Part shown: positions 38,345 through 51,735 of the stretch, piece by piece
How positions within the stretch are numbered: the stretch's first letter is position 1
Layout: each line of letters opens with the position of its first letter
Assembly: GCA_951406725.2 (NCBI GenBank)
Contig: OX597826.1
Location: forward strand, 74,338,001 to 74,402,000
Direction: 5' to 3'
DNA length: 64,000 nt
Source: Octopus vulgaris
Lineage: Eukaryota
Program-made: the position numbers and the translations under genes
The notes under the pieces: model-generated
Told to the model about the DNA's origin: nothing
The model's database searches: none
What the model saw: the letters and a program-made list of their open reading frames with translations, nothing else

Positions 38345-39203
38345 CATCATATATGTTGCATGTCTCGTTTCTCTGTATGTTTTTTTTTTCGTTGTTCGAA
38401 AAAAGTTCGTTTTCTATGTTTTTGCTTTTATGTTTTCGTATCTCATTGTGTTCAACGGTTTTTGGATGTCCTGTACCTATATATGCATGTACATATATGT
38501 ATGTATATATGCATATATTTATATATTGTTTATATTATTATATGATCGAACGCCAAGCATCATTTTCCAAGTAAGTTTTATCTTAATAATTACGATGCGC
38601 ACACTTACTCTATCTCTACTATCTCTTCTCTGTTCTGTCTCTGTCTCTCTCTTGTTCTTCATCCTTTCTGGTTTTCTCTCCCACCCTTCCTTATTCTTCT
38701 CCCCTCCCCTTTACCGTTCCCTCTCTGTCATTCTTCCTCCTTGACTCTCTCGTCGCTGACACGTGACGAAAGTGAATCTCTCTTTCTGCCCATTTCCTTC
38801 CTAAAGACAGCACGTGCTTATACCTGTCTCCTCTCATAAGCTGATCTTCCTAGCGTTCATAATAATGTTTCTATTATCTTGGCTCAACAGCCCTCACCGT
38901 TTGTTTTTACTGTCTTGTTCTCACTGTCCTGTTCTTGTTACCACTTTCACCCTCCGCAAAAAATCCCAAATTTTATTTAATTTGCTTTGCGGGAAGGACT
39001 GTTTCAAGGAGGTCGCGTATTGTCCTTGCCTTCGAACGCGGAGTAGATGAAACAGGGACAACTGATGAAGGGGAATATTCTTTATGTTGCATTCTCGTTT
39101 CTCTGTTTATTTTTTCGTTGTTCGAAAAAAGTTCGTTTTCTATGTTTTTTTTAATGTTTTCGTTTCTCATTGAGTTCAACGTTTTTTTTATGTCCTGTAC
39201 CCA
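38345..39203 (+). mobile_element. TA-embedded repeat: 3' end of one unit followed head-to-tail by a full unit (period 724 bp)
   Basis: TGTCCTGTACC at 38467 and 39191; unit start GAACGCCAAGCATC at about 38548; homologous to 13856-14490. Confidence 0.8.
39014..39073 (+). ncRNA. Putative C-B-A permuted hammerhead (copy 3; one A missing from GAAA)
   Basis: CGCG-TA-TTGTCCT / TG / CCTTC-GAA-CGCG / linker / GGGACAA-CTGATGA-AGGGG. Confidence 0.55.
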
Positions 39204-39294
39204 TATATATATATATATACATGTATATATACATATATATGTAGGTATGTACATATATGTATGCATATAGTCATATATTCATATATTATTTATA

Positions 39295-39449
<155 letters not shown>

Positions 39450-40216
39450 TACATGCATACATGTGAGTGTCCGTATATACACATACACCTATAGTTTCAC
39501 TGCTATTGAAATCTTGATAAATGTGTTAAGAAACGGTTTAGTGACAACGAAAAATAATAATAATTCGCGTTTTGGAGCCATTAATAAATTATTTTGCCGA
39601 AAGTAAATAAATATATTCCGCCGATTAACATTAAATAAGGAAAGAGGAAAGAAATGAAATATATTTGTAGAGATGTGAAGGGGCGGAGGGGCAATAACAA
39701 GCAGGCTAATGTGATACCTATAAGCACTGGATGGTAGATGACCGAACCGAAAACTGACACCGTTATCTAAAAGTGTCACTTGAAAAACAAGCAACTATCG
39801 TCTCCCTCCTGATGACAGAATAGATCTCTGATAGACTTCTTGTAGACAAAATATCAGTCATCTAAACATTTCCTCCTTTACCGTCTATTCCTAGTCACAA
39901 CAGAATACCAGGTTAATGGTTTTTAAACGATCAAAACATGTTTCTCTAGCATCTGAATGACACCAACCGATCATATTATGATATCCCGTCTTCTGAAGCT
40001 GGAATATATTTGGTTTTGACCCAAATATATGCGTTTTGAAAGCTTACATCTTTTTTCTGAGGTTCTGTTGGTAATATTCCCTGTCGTTTCAGAAATTGAG
40101 AGATAAAAGTTGTAAAAACTTTCAACATGAAGGCGTCTCTGCACGCTGCGAATTCTTTGCGTGAATAACTTCCTCCTTTTGGTTAATAATTATTGTTGTT
40201 GGTAAGGCAGTGAGTT

Positions 40217-40565
40217 GGAGGCGCAATGGCCCAGTGGTTAGGGCAGCGAATTCGCGGTCGGAGGATCGCGGTTTCGATTCCCAGACCGGGCGTTGTTTGT
40301 GTTTATTGAGCGAAAACGCCTAAAGCCCCACGAGGCTCCGGTAGGGAGTGGTGGTGACTCCTGTTGTACTCTTTCGCCCCAACTTTCTCTCATTCTCTCT
40401 TCCTGTTTCTTGAGTAACGCTGCGATGGCCTGGCGTCCCATCCAGCTGGGGGGAACACATACGCCGCTGCGATGGCCTGGCGTCCCATCCAGCTGGGGGG
40501 AACACATACGCCACAGAAACCGGGAAACCGGACCCATGAGCCTGGCTAGGCTTGAAAAGGGCGCA
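40217..40565 (+). mobile_element. SINE family C with an internal 47-bp tandem duplication, nested in a family-A SINE head
   Basis: CGCTGCGATGGCCTGGCGTCCCATCCAGCTGGGGGGAACACATACGC x2; the family-A head GGCAGTGAGTTGG resumes as TTGGTAGAATCG at about 40581. Confidence 0.85.
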
Positions 40566-40952
40566 TAAATAAAATAAAATTGGTAGAATCGTTAGCATGC
40601 CGGACAAAATGCTGAACGACATTTCGTCTGTCTTAACATTCCGCCAAGATCAACTTTGCCTTTCATCCATTTGGGTTCCATAAAATAAGTATCAGTTGAG
40701 TGCGGGAGTCAATTTATTCTACTTAACTCCTCACACAAAATGGCTTCTTTCAGTTTCCGCCAACCAAATTCACTCACAAGGCTCAGAAGACACTTGCCCA
40801 TGGTGCTACGCAGTGGGACTGAACCCGGAAACATGTGGCTGGTTAGCAAGCTACTTACCACACAGCCATTCCTGCGCCTATGTTAAATTCTTTGTTAAAT
40901 TCCCTAACAACAACGACGACGATGATCGTCATCCTTGTTGCTGCTGCTGTAG

Positions 40953-41039
<87 letters not shown>

Positions 41040-41281
41040 TGGCGAGCTGGCAGTATCTTTAGAATGTCGGACGAAGTGCTGAGTAGCATTTCATCTGTCT
41101 TTACGTTCTGAGTTCAAAATTCCGTCGAGGTTGACTTTGCCTTTCATCCATTTGAGATCGATAAAATAAGTACCAGTCAAGTGCCGAGGTCGATGTAATC
41201 GGTTTACGCAACTCCGATCCAAATTTCAGACCTTGTGTCTAGAGCGGAAAGGATTATTATTATTATTATTATTATTATTAT

Positions 41282-41730
41282 TGAGTGAGAGAGTAGTGCA
41301 TGCCATCAAAGTGACACTGGGGTAAAATATACGAAGCCCAGTATACTCATCATGACAACCCGTCTGATAAAGGTACACTAGGCACACGCATCACAACCAT
41401 ATGTGCGCGACATGGTGATCTCATATCAAGATAAACAGCACACATGACCTTGTTCTTCTGGTTGAGTAACCCATCCCGTTCAAAAGGTCCCTGAATAAGG
41501 GTTGTTTAAGGATGTTGAACGAACCACCCATGTTTCGAGAGGTGAATTATTCAAACCCCAAAGAATCCCTCTCAACACATGGTTATGATGCTCCCCCACT
41601 ACTTCTGCTCGTGATCAGAGATGCAACTAAGGGACATGCTCAACTGATTAAGGCCAAACAACTGACAAACAAATCTGTGGTATTGAGCAGAATATTCGCT
41701 GTAGCCCATCTTTTATACCAAGACAAAACA
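41282..41730. mobile_element. ~450-bp apparently non-coding insertion bounded by (TTA)n on both sides
   Basis: Sharp boundaries within one TTA tract; no convincing ORF. Confidence 0.5.
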
Positions 41731-41776
<46 letters not shown>

Positions 41777-43209
41777 GCAGAACGGATGCAGTAGTTAGTT
41801 TTGTTTCCATATGCTCTGAATCCAAATCTCACTCTCTTGGGCAATGGCAATCCCAGCCCGACGAAAATGTTTTAGAAGAATAGATAGTTATTTTTTTGTC
41901 TTGAAATATGTATCACATTTTAATACAGACAAAAAATCCTTTTTAATTAATAAATGATTATAACAAAACATTAGAAATAATTTTTACAAGAAATAAATTA
42001 TTTAATTACATGTGAAATATGTTATGTTTCCTTGCCTTTCTTTACACAGCTGATATTTTCTCACGGGAGAGCTAAATTGTGCCATTTATACAAAGACAAA
42101 ATTGCCCATGGCTTTATCAACTAAAGCCGCTTTAAATCTCAACTAATGGTTCTGTTAAATTTAATTAGACTTACGATAATAATCTAGCGATTAGAAAAAT
42201 ATTGCTAACAACTTAATTACTTAACTGAATGACAGTTATTTTCTTAACTTGGTCAAAACACTTTTACAAGAATCTGTGGCTTTTTTCACGTACACTGGAC
42301 TATTGATCAACTGTTCATATAAAGTATTTTTTTAATATAAGAAACAGATAACGTAGATGCAGTTGATGAATGCATCAGATGTAGGCATTCAGCTTTGTTG
42401 TAATCTGCTGTGAAATCTGTAGATACTTGAACAGAAAAATCTCACTGCATACAGATAACTTCTATGATTCGACAGAAGCACAAATTATTTCTTTGAACAC
42501 AGTAAAACCCTTGTCAAAATTACGGTACTCTTGCAGACCTTCGTTGGTCACAAAGATATCAGTCCCATGGTACCTCTGCGTAATTTGGTAGCGCAATAAT
42601 TTCTCAGTGAAAAAGAAAAAAAAACCATCGAGCAGGCAAAGATATTAGGATTCATTGAAGTAGATTGCTGTATATCACCGTATATAAGTCTAAGCATGCA
42701 AATATGTACTCATATGTTTATTTGTATATGGTACTTATTAGTTATTCAGATGACGAAGGGGCAGCACTTATGGCCTTAGTGAGGTTTTCACAAACTCGTG
42801 AGATTTGGTGGGGTTAGTGTTCGATTTGAATTACTATGGAATATACAGAACGGGGAGAGAATTACAGTAATATCACGAACTGAACCGAAACAAAACAGTG
42901 TATTTGTCAGCGGCCTCTGGTTGTTGTATAATGGTACTTGGGTAGAAAAAAACCCATTCAATTAAATGGATTTTTTTCTGTGTACATTAATTCAGGTACT
43001 AGTTCAATCATACCAGATTGCATCAACAGTACTCCAGAATGCGTCTTACTTTGTAGAAAAAAAATCACCAACTTTATAGGAGTAAGAGTGGCTGTGTGGT
43101 AAGTAGCTTGCTTACCACACATATACATATACGCACTCACATAATATTACCTATCTATCTGTCTGTTTGTCTATCAATCTATCTACCTGTCTGTCCATCT
43201 ATTTATTTA

Positions 43210-43293
<84 letters not shown>

Positions 43294-43324
43294 CTAGCTA
43301 TCTATCTATCTATCAGTCCGTCTG

Positions 43325-43411
<87 letters not shown>

Positions 43412-43964
43412 GTCTGTCTGTCTGTCTGTCTATCTTTTTTATCTAATATATCTATATCCACCAATTTCTCTGTATATTTATGTACGTCTGTCTCTATACA
43501 CGTACAAACTCACACAAAACAGACACACGCACACACACACCATGACACCGTGATGCCAATTATGCACCCCCCACCATCCTTTGGACGTGTAAGCATTTAT
43601 TTCAAACAACAAATATCCGTTGATTGTTGCCCATGAATAGATCGGTTTTTCCTTTTGCAAATCTCTTATCGCTACATTTCTTCATCAATTATCATTTCTC
43701 GCTTGATTACATTACTTTCTATCCTTAATTTATCCGGATATGTCCAACCGCCTACCTGTCTTCCGAAATAAAGATATTCTCGCATAGTAGGTGTGTCCCA
43801 ACAAGCTTCTAGTTCTCATCCCACTTTACCGGAAGTGGACAGTATGAGCATTTTGTTACTACCGTTTGGTAAGTTACGACAGCTCTTCAGTCTACCATAT
43901 TACAGCATGGGCATTTATTCTGCTTGGCGCACAATGTTCAGTGCGATTCATGCGTAAATCCACC

Positions 43965-44195
43965 AGCTCAACCGGGGTCCATATGGCCCTCGGCGGTTCA
44001 CATTATGTTCCGTTGTTGAAATTTATGTGCCATAAACTGGTTACTCTTCTACAGTTCTTTTATTCCTTTACTTGTTTCAGTCATTTGACTTATGCTTTGT
44101 AAGCCTAGGGCATATTTTATCTGTCCTCTTTTGCCGAACCGCTAAGTTACGGGGACGTAAACCAACATCGGTTGTCAAGCGATGATGGGGGAACA

Positions 44196-44252
<57 letters not shown>

Positions 44253-44260
44253 ACAAATAT

Positions 44261-44309
<49 letters not shown>

Positions 44310-44310
44310 C

Positions 44311-44352
<42 letters not shown>

Positions 44353-44580
44353 GATGGGCTTCTTTCAGTTTCCGTTTACCAAATCCACTCACAAGGCTTT
44401 GATCGGCGCGAACCTGTAGTAAAAGACACTTGCTAAAGGTGCTACGCAGTGGGACTGAACCCGGAACCATGTGGTTGGGAAGCAAGCTTCTTACCACACA
44501 GTTTTAACAATATTTTAGCAATATTTTTATACAATTCCTAATAATACATAAACATAAATATACAGTAGGTTGTTCTGTTT
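43965..44580. mobile_element. hAT-type MITE interrupted by a family-B SINE (44052-44500, minus)
   Basis: CTCAACCGGGGTCCATATGGCCC start; after the SINE it resumes with sequence matching about 49610-49650. Confidence 0.7.
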
Positions 44581-44904
44581 TATAAAAGTTGCAGGAAATT
44601 CCGAAGTCATATGGAGGCCGTAGTTGAAGACAATGGCGATTTTACTGAATGAATTTACTCCTTAGTATTTCAAGATATTTTTATGCAATTGCGGTAGATA
44701 TATCTGTTAAAATGAGATGTCAGTGTTATTTTCATTTTTGCGTAATTTAGACGACAATATACTCACCGTACCCTGTACACACACACGCGTGTGTGTGCGT
44801 GTGTTTGTGTGTGCGCGCGCGAGTGTGTGTGTGTATGTGTGTGTGTGTGTGCGTGTGCATGTCGGTGTAAAGAGAGTAATTAGATAAGAATTTTCCTAAG
44901 AGCC

Positions 44905-45445
44905 CAGATGTCATAGACTCTTTAACTGCGTAACGTCAAGGTTAGCTACTCGTTCTTAGATAACATGGCTTCGAACACTGCGCGCTGCAACAGAAAGAAC
45001 CACACTCGATTATAGACTTCAGGCCATTTCTGAACCTGTAAATGCCGAAATCCCAGTAGCTATCTACTGGGAAGATCCTACATATCAAAGGTTGTGTTCT
45101 ATAGAGTTACCCTCACATTGTACGACGGTACCAGAAGACACTACACGGGTATAATAGCCAATGATTTCAAGGGAAGATTTCCGCAATGCATATCCACCCT
45201 CAGGTACAGAGACAGAGAAACCCTATATCCATGTTCCGCTTCATCTGAAAACTCTGGGACCAAGGAAACGACTTCCCAATCATTGCATGGAGCATCTTTG
45301 AAAGGAAAGGACCTTCTTTATTCATGCAGAGTTCGCAACTGCTAACTTTGCCTCCACGAGAAACTGTATATACTGCAACAGACTGCAGTATCCATCAATA
45401 GGAAACTCGTTCTATTCTATTGTTGTCACGAAAGATACGCTCCGC
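44905..45445 (+). pseudogene. Decayed Penelope-like element ORF C-terminus: linker plus GIY-YIG endonuclease
   Basis: Across frameshifts: RNVKVSYSFLDNMASNTARCNRK...CKCRNPSS...VVFYRVTLTLYDGTRRHYTGIIANDFKGRF...WSIFER...C*LCLHEKLYIL...INRK; matches the PLE pattern KVSYS..NM / CxC / GIY / YIG / FKxR / CxLCxxEK / LN. Confidence 0.8.
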
Positions 45446-47999
45446 TAAAGAGCATTAAACGTATTGTCGTTAATAAACCATAAACAACCCAATATCAGGA
45501 GAACTTTTAATGAATTAAATCCTGTTATACCTTTTTTATGGATTAGGATGTCTTCATTTCAAAGCATAGTATGAAAATCGCCTCCTTATTCTTAGAGAAA
45601 AGGTCGGCGCAAGCATGATGTGGTGAAATAAATAATTATAATTAAGTCACACGTGTAGTGAGAAGAAAAAAATCATTAACTTAACTTAGTGATTAATTCT
45701 TGTCAAGAATGGAAAGATAGGTAACTCCGAAATTTGGATTATTTAAAAACTATATATAATTAATGAAGAGGTGAATGAGTTTGGTGTTGGCAGTACTGTG
45801 GCAGCTCTGGACATCTTTTGGTTTTATGAGACTTCGTCAACAAAGTATAGACTTTACCAGTCAAATTGCCTGATAAAAATTACTATAAAACTATATAAAT
45901 TGTTATTTCTTATTTTGTTTGTCAATAAACACGGTTGATTGCGAAAATTGAAATAATGACGAGAGAAAAATACCCAGGGACACTTTTTTGCATAAAAATC
46001 AAAATAGTAAGGTTGGTGTTGACATACTTAGTATGGTGAGTCATGTAATATTAATTAACTAAAATTACATCTTTGATGAGAAGGAAAATAATTAGCTCTC
46101 TTCTTAGCCAATATCTTATCATCTGCCTTAATCGTGAAGTGACATCCCCTTTTAAAACGTTTGCTCGGTGGTTTCTCACCGACAATGCATCCATATATGA
46201 TGTCATTTTATGTAAAAGAGTAGTAATTGATTTAAACATGTTTTTTTATTGTTTATGACTCAGTATATACCAGAAAACAGAAAGTTTACAAAATAAAATA
46301 AGTTATTTTCCCCCCCCAAGCGGCTACATTATATTTTGTGTCCTCTGTTCAAGCAGTTCGTTTTCGTGGGATATTGAATTCATAACTTGAGTATTTTACG
46401 ACTGAAATATCGAATAAGATTTCTTTTATTCTTTTAGCAGTATCGCTCTGGCTTTTACATTATATTATACCTTCTTACATTTATTTAATAACGCAACAAG
46501 GAAAATTATCCTGTTTTACTAGATATGAAAATTTTAGCTCCTGCAATTCAAACTAAACATTAAACATATTAATTGCAACCACCCAAACAATGTACCACTC
46601 CAGAATAATAATATTCTTCAAGCGTTCATTTTTTCTTCTCTCTTTCCGAAATAGAGGGAAGAAAATACTACCCGGAAATAGCTTTCAATTGATGAAGAGA
46701 CATCCATTAGGATTAAATTCTTTTGACTTTGCTATAATGTCAACCTGCCATGAACCCGTCATGCAATGTAGAAAGCCAATAGTGTTCGTTTGCCCTCAAG
46801 GGACAATTGTTCTTAATTTACTATAAACGTTTCGCTGATAATATTTCTCGAACCATCTCAGCTCTACTATGTTGAATGGTGGGCATTTCAAGATCATATT
46901 TACTAATTTCTAAATTAAGCAGAAAATGTTGGGCCGGAGATGCTTTTAGCCGAAATGTATCGGATGAAAAAGCTCTTTAACACAAATGATAAATTTGCAG
47001 CTTCTGATGTAACGAGTTAATTCATAACTGAAAAATTGTTTTAACAGACATTAGAACTATATGGGGAAGTACGGTAATGTAATTAATAGTGGGAAAAGAG
47101 CCTCAGGGGAATTCCATAGAGGAAAGATATAAGAATGAATTGTGAATAAAGAAAAATGAAGAGATTGCAAGATTGTTAAAAGTGACGAAGATTGAGATTG
47201 AAACAACAGTTTAGGAGTGTGGATTGATTTAAGAAATTTGTACATTTAACAGAGAACAACCATAGCAACAGGAGCATCAGGAAAACTATTCTTGACGGAC
47301 TATAAAGAAATTATATATAACACACAAGGAGTGGTGTTACAAAAAACATTAAAGAAAAATGCTCCACGCTTTTAAATTTTGTGAAAACTTTAACGGGCAA
47401 TTAGGAATTATTTTCTAAAAGAATTATTTTTGAAGAATAATTTACTGTTCTTATAAATTTCTCATCAAATCCTCCAAGACATGGCAATTATGGCGTAGTG
47501 ATGCTGTAACGATACTAACCAGGGACGTATAATGTAGTTGCACTTGGTGAGTGCCACACACCCACTTAAAGATTGTAGGTTTTCTTTACGATAACTCTGT
47601 TCTTGTAGTATCGTGTTATATCTGGTCGTAATTTACTTTTATCAAATCTAACAACACACACCCAGAAAGAAAGATTATATCAAGTTGAAGTTGTATTATA
47701 TACATAGAAAGATTGTATTTATTTTTTTAGTGGTACTTATACAGGGTTATTGGTTTGGTACAACAGCACACCCTGTGGAAGCAACCACCACACACACTAT
47801 TGGGACTTACAATATGGCATGAAAAAACATTTTAATTTCTGCATATAAGTGTGTTAAATTTAGGAATAACGAATTCTTTAGTACTGTCTTGTATTATAGC
47901 TGAACAAGACAAATCACTATAAGAGATGTCCTGAGCTAATTAAATAAAAGACTTAATGGTCAACGTAATTTGTTTTCAAAAATGCATAAATATATTATT

Positions 48000-48398
48000 T
48001 TCTACTCTTAGCAAAAGGCCCGAAATTTTGGGGGAATGGGGGGGGCTGTCGATTAGATCGATCCCAATACGCAACTGGTACTTAATTTATCTAACCCGAA
48101 AGGATGAAAGGTAAAGTCAACCTCGGCGGAATTTGAACTCAAAACATAGAGACAGACGAAATACATATTTCTTTACTACCCACAAGGGGCTAAACACAGA
48201 GAGGATAATCAAGGACAGGCAAACAGATTAAGTCGATTATATCGACCCCAGTGCGTAACTGGTACTTAATTTATTGATCCCGAAAGGATGAAAGGCAAAG
48301 TCGACCTCGGCGGAATTTGAACTTAGAACGTAGCGGCAGACGAAATACTGCTAAGCATTTCGCCCAGTGTGCTAACGATTCTGCCAGCTCACCGCCTT
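48000..48398 (-). mobile_element. Family-A SINE dimer
   Basis: Reverse-complement head and two cores. Confidence 0.9.
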
Positions 48399-48862
48399 GA
48401 ACTGTTTTAGCACAGATTTCTATCAGTCATTTGTTACCTTCTCTCTAAAAACCCTCTCTCTAAAAAAACACACAAAATGAATAAATAAAAACTAAACTTT
48501 TCTTTTTGTTCAAGGAAATAGAAAGAATAGATTTTAGCCAACTAATATTGCAAGAATGAAGCTGTTATCACTTCAAACAAAAGTCCTACAAGTTCTTCTT
48601 CCGTTTCAGCCACACCCGATAAAGTTATCTGAGTTGGATTTTTATCACATCCTATGAAAGAAAACTGTTCTTTATTTCTTTGGTAGGACCTCGCTGCTAG
48701 AGTGCTTCATCAAAATGAAGAGATATATTGGAAAAAGTGAATTACGAGCAAGAAGAACGAGGTGTAAGAATGAAAAAATGGAAAAACTAATGATAAGTTG
48801 AAAAACTTTAGAACCACCTTCGCCGCCCCCACACACGCACGTATAGTTGTATGAAACAATAG

Positions 48863-49044
<182 letters not shown>

Positions 49045-49501
49045 GGTATGTTGAATGATAATATATGATTATAATGGCGGTAGGGGAAAGTCTGTAGCTA
49101 GATAACACGCTCGTGTATATATTTATACACAAACCTATAAATACTTGTTTTGTTGGAATAGTTAAATATGCGTTATACCTATGTATCGCTAAACTGTATT
49201 GCAACACTAATACAAGAACGACTGTAGAAGTTTAATTGGTCTAAAAATCTTTAACGACTTTTATTGTTTCCACATTCATCGCAGTCCTTCTTCTTGTGAA
49301 CCGCAATCTAGGTAGAAACTCACGTAGGGGTGACCAACTACTAATCTGAAATATCGAGTATTCGCACGGGGGTAACCAACCCCTTCATCGGATATTACCT
49401 CCATGACCACTCCGTCGATGGAGCTTCATTGTCACTAAGCGAATTGATTGCATGGGAAGTCTCAGAGTTTTTGTGATGTTCTGGCGAGAGTTCAGGCAGA
49501 G

Positions 49502-49765
49502 CAGTAGTTCTCAACCGGGTCGACCCTTTTGGGTTGTGGGGGTGGGGTTTTTTAAAATTTCGCTGTTAAGGTTTGTGTGCAATAAATAGGTTACACTTCT
49601 ACAATACACAGGATATTTTAGTAATACTTTTTATACAATTCCGGATAATATTTAATTATAAAGATATAATATATTTTGTTTTAAACATCGAATGACTATT
49701 AGGGTTCATACGAGTATAAAAGCAATCAAAGGGGTCCATAGGCCAAAAATGGTTGAGAACCACTG
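49502..49765. mobile_element. hAT-type MITE
   Basis: TIR CAGTAGTTCTCAACC / GGTTGAGAACCACTG; TSD AGGCAGAG/AGAGAGAG. Confidence 0.8.
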
Positions 49766-49795
49766 AGAGAGAGTAACAATAGACTGTTTCATTGA

Positions 49796-50392
49796 GGCGG
49801 CGAGCTGGCAGAAACGTTAGCGCGCCGGGCGAAATGCTTTGTGGTATTTCGTCTGTCTTTACGTTCTGAGTTCAAATTCCGCTGAGGTCGACTTTGCCTT
49901 TCATCCTTTCGGGGTCGATAAATTAAGTACCAGTTATGCACTGGGTCGATCTAATCGACTTAATCCGTTTGTCTGTCCTTGTTTGTCCTCTCTGTGTTTA
50001 GCCCGTTCTGGGTAGTAAAGAAATAGGTATTTCGTCTGCCGCTACGTTCTGAGTTCAAATTCCGCTGAGGTCGACTTTGCTTTTCATCTTTTCGGGGTCG
50101 ATAAATTAAGTACCAGTCACGCACTGCGGTCGATGCAATCGACTTAATCCGTTTTCTGTCCTTGTTTGTCTTCTCTGTGCTTAGCCCCTTGTGGGTAGTA
50201 AAGAAATAGGTAGTTCGTCTGCCGTTACGTTCTGGATTCAAATTCCGCTGAGGTCGACTTTTCCTTTCATCCTTTCGGGGTCGATAAATTAAGTACCAGT
50301 TATGCACTGGAGTCGATGTAATCGACTTAGTCCCTTTATCTGTCCTTCTTTGTCCCCTCTATGTTTATCCCCTTGTGGGCAATAAAGAAATA
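49796..50392 (+). mobile_element. Family-A SINE with three internal ~183-bp tandem units
   Basis: One head and three near-identical cores. Confidence 0.9.
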
Positions 50393-51134
50393 ATTATATA
50401 TATAAGTACATGTATGTTAATATATGCATAAATACATTTATACACTCACACACACACACATAAATGCGTGAATGTATCACATCATTCTTCGCCTTTGAAA
50501 CGTTGATACTTTGACGGTTGCTGGCTTCCATATCGTCTGGGCTTCTTTCGTTTCTGCACATACCCACAGTGTTACTGTCGTAAAGAATTTCTGTTGAGTA
50601 AAGATCTTCTGATAACCTTCAACACCATCCTCATCCTTTGTTGTTGATATGCAATAACAATATTCTAAAAATACATTTCATTGAAATAATTTCCATAACA
50701 TTTATAAAGTTGCATGATTGTTATTATTCAAACATCGCTCAGACATTCCATGTTTATAAAGGGAAATTCTTATTTTTGTTTATCAGTTGCATTGTCCTGC
50801 AAGTTTTAATCTGTATTCCCACGCAATTATTTCTATGGTGTCATCAACATTCTCTTATCTAAAAATGTGAATGTAATTCTATATTCATATTTATTTTCTC
50901 CTAATTTTTTATCGTTATTTAATCTTATCTTATTTCGAAACAACTGTAGAGCAAATGACTATGGCTTTATTTTATAAGTCTAATATTTTAGCAAAGAAAT
51001 TCTGCTTTCGCTAACTCATAGCTCCTCAGAAACAAAATATTTTGCGTCTATAAACGCAGTTGCATTAATTTTAGAATATTTCTGTAAAATTTCAGCGAGG
51101 TGAACGAATTTTATTCACAAAAGTCAAACTACGT

Positions 51135-51735
51135 TTTAACTTTTACTTTTTTCAGTCATTCTTTTTGGCGCTGGGGCAGCGCCAAAAAGAATTTTTAGTC
51201 GAATGAATCTACCCCAGGACTTATTTTTTATATGAAGACTGGTATTTATTCTGTTGGTCTGTCTGCCGAATCGGTAAGTCACGGGGATGTATATACACCA
51301 ACACCGGTTGTCGAACGCTGGTGGGAGACAAACACAGATACAAAAACTTCCGCACACGCACGCACACACACACACACACACACACGCATATATATACATT
51401 TATATACGACGGGTTTCTTTCGGTTTCCGTCTACTAGATCCACGCACAAGGCTTTTTGTCGACCCGAGGCAAGTAGTTCTGTTAGCTCGCCGCCCTACAA
51501 CACAATAATATTAAATACATATAAAGCAGCGAGCAGTCAGAATTGTTTGCACGTTGGACGAAATGCTTAGAGGTATTTCGTCCATCTTTACGTTCTGAGT
51601 TCAAATTCCAGTGAGGTCGACATTGCCTTTTATCCTTTCGGGGTCGATAAAATAAGTACCAGTTAAACACCGGGATCGATGTAATCGACTTATCCCCTTC
51701 CCGGAAATTGTTGTCCTTGTGCCACAATTTGAAAC
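51135..51735. mobile_element. Family-B SINE (51135-51470, -) and family-A SINE (about 51525-51735, +)
   Basis: Homology to the other copies. Confidence 0.75.

Noticed and set aside
38229-38345. Acidic N-terminus MSSSDEDSSTEREASKIESLIFDNISDVSESE, reminiscent of a piggyBac transposase start
   Set aside because: Only about 35 codons before running into a non-coding repeat; no TIR/TTAA or catalytic domain seen
49345-49395. Minus-strand CCGATGA-A-GGGG...CCCC hairpin
   Set aside because: GAAA and stem III are missing; at best a decayed relic
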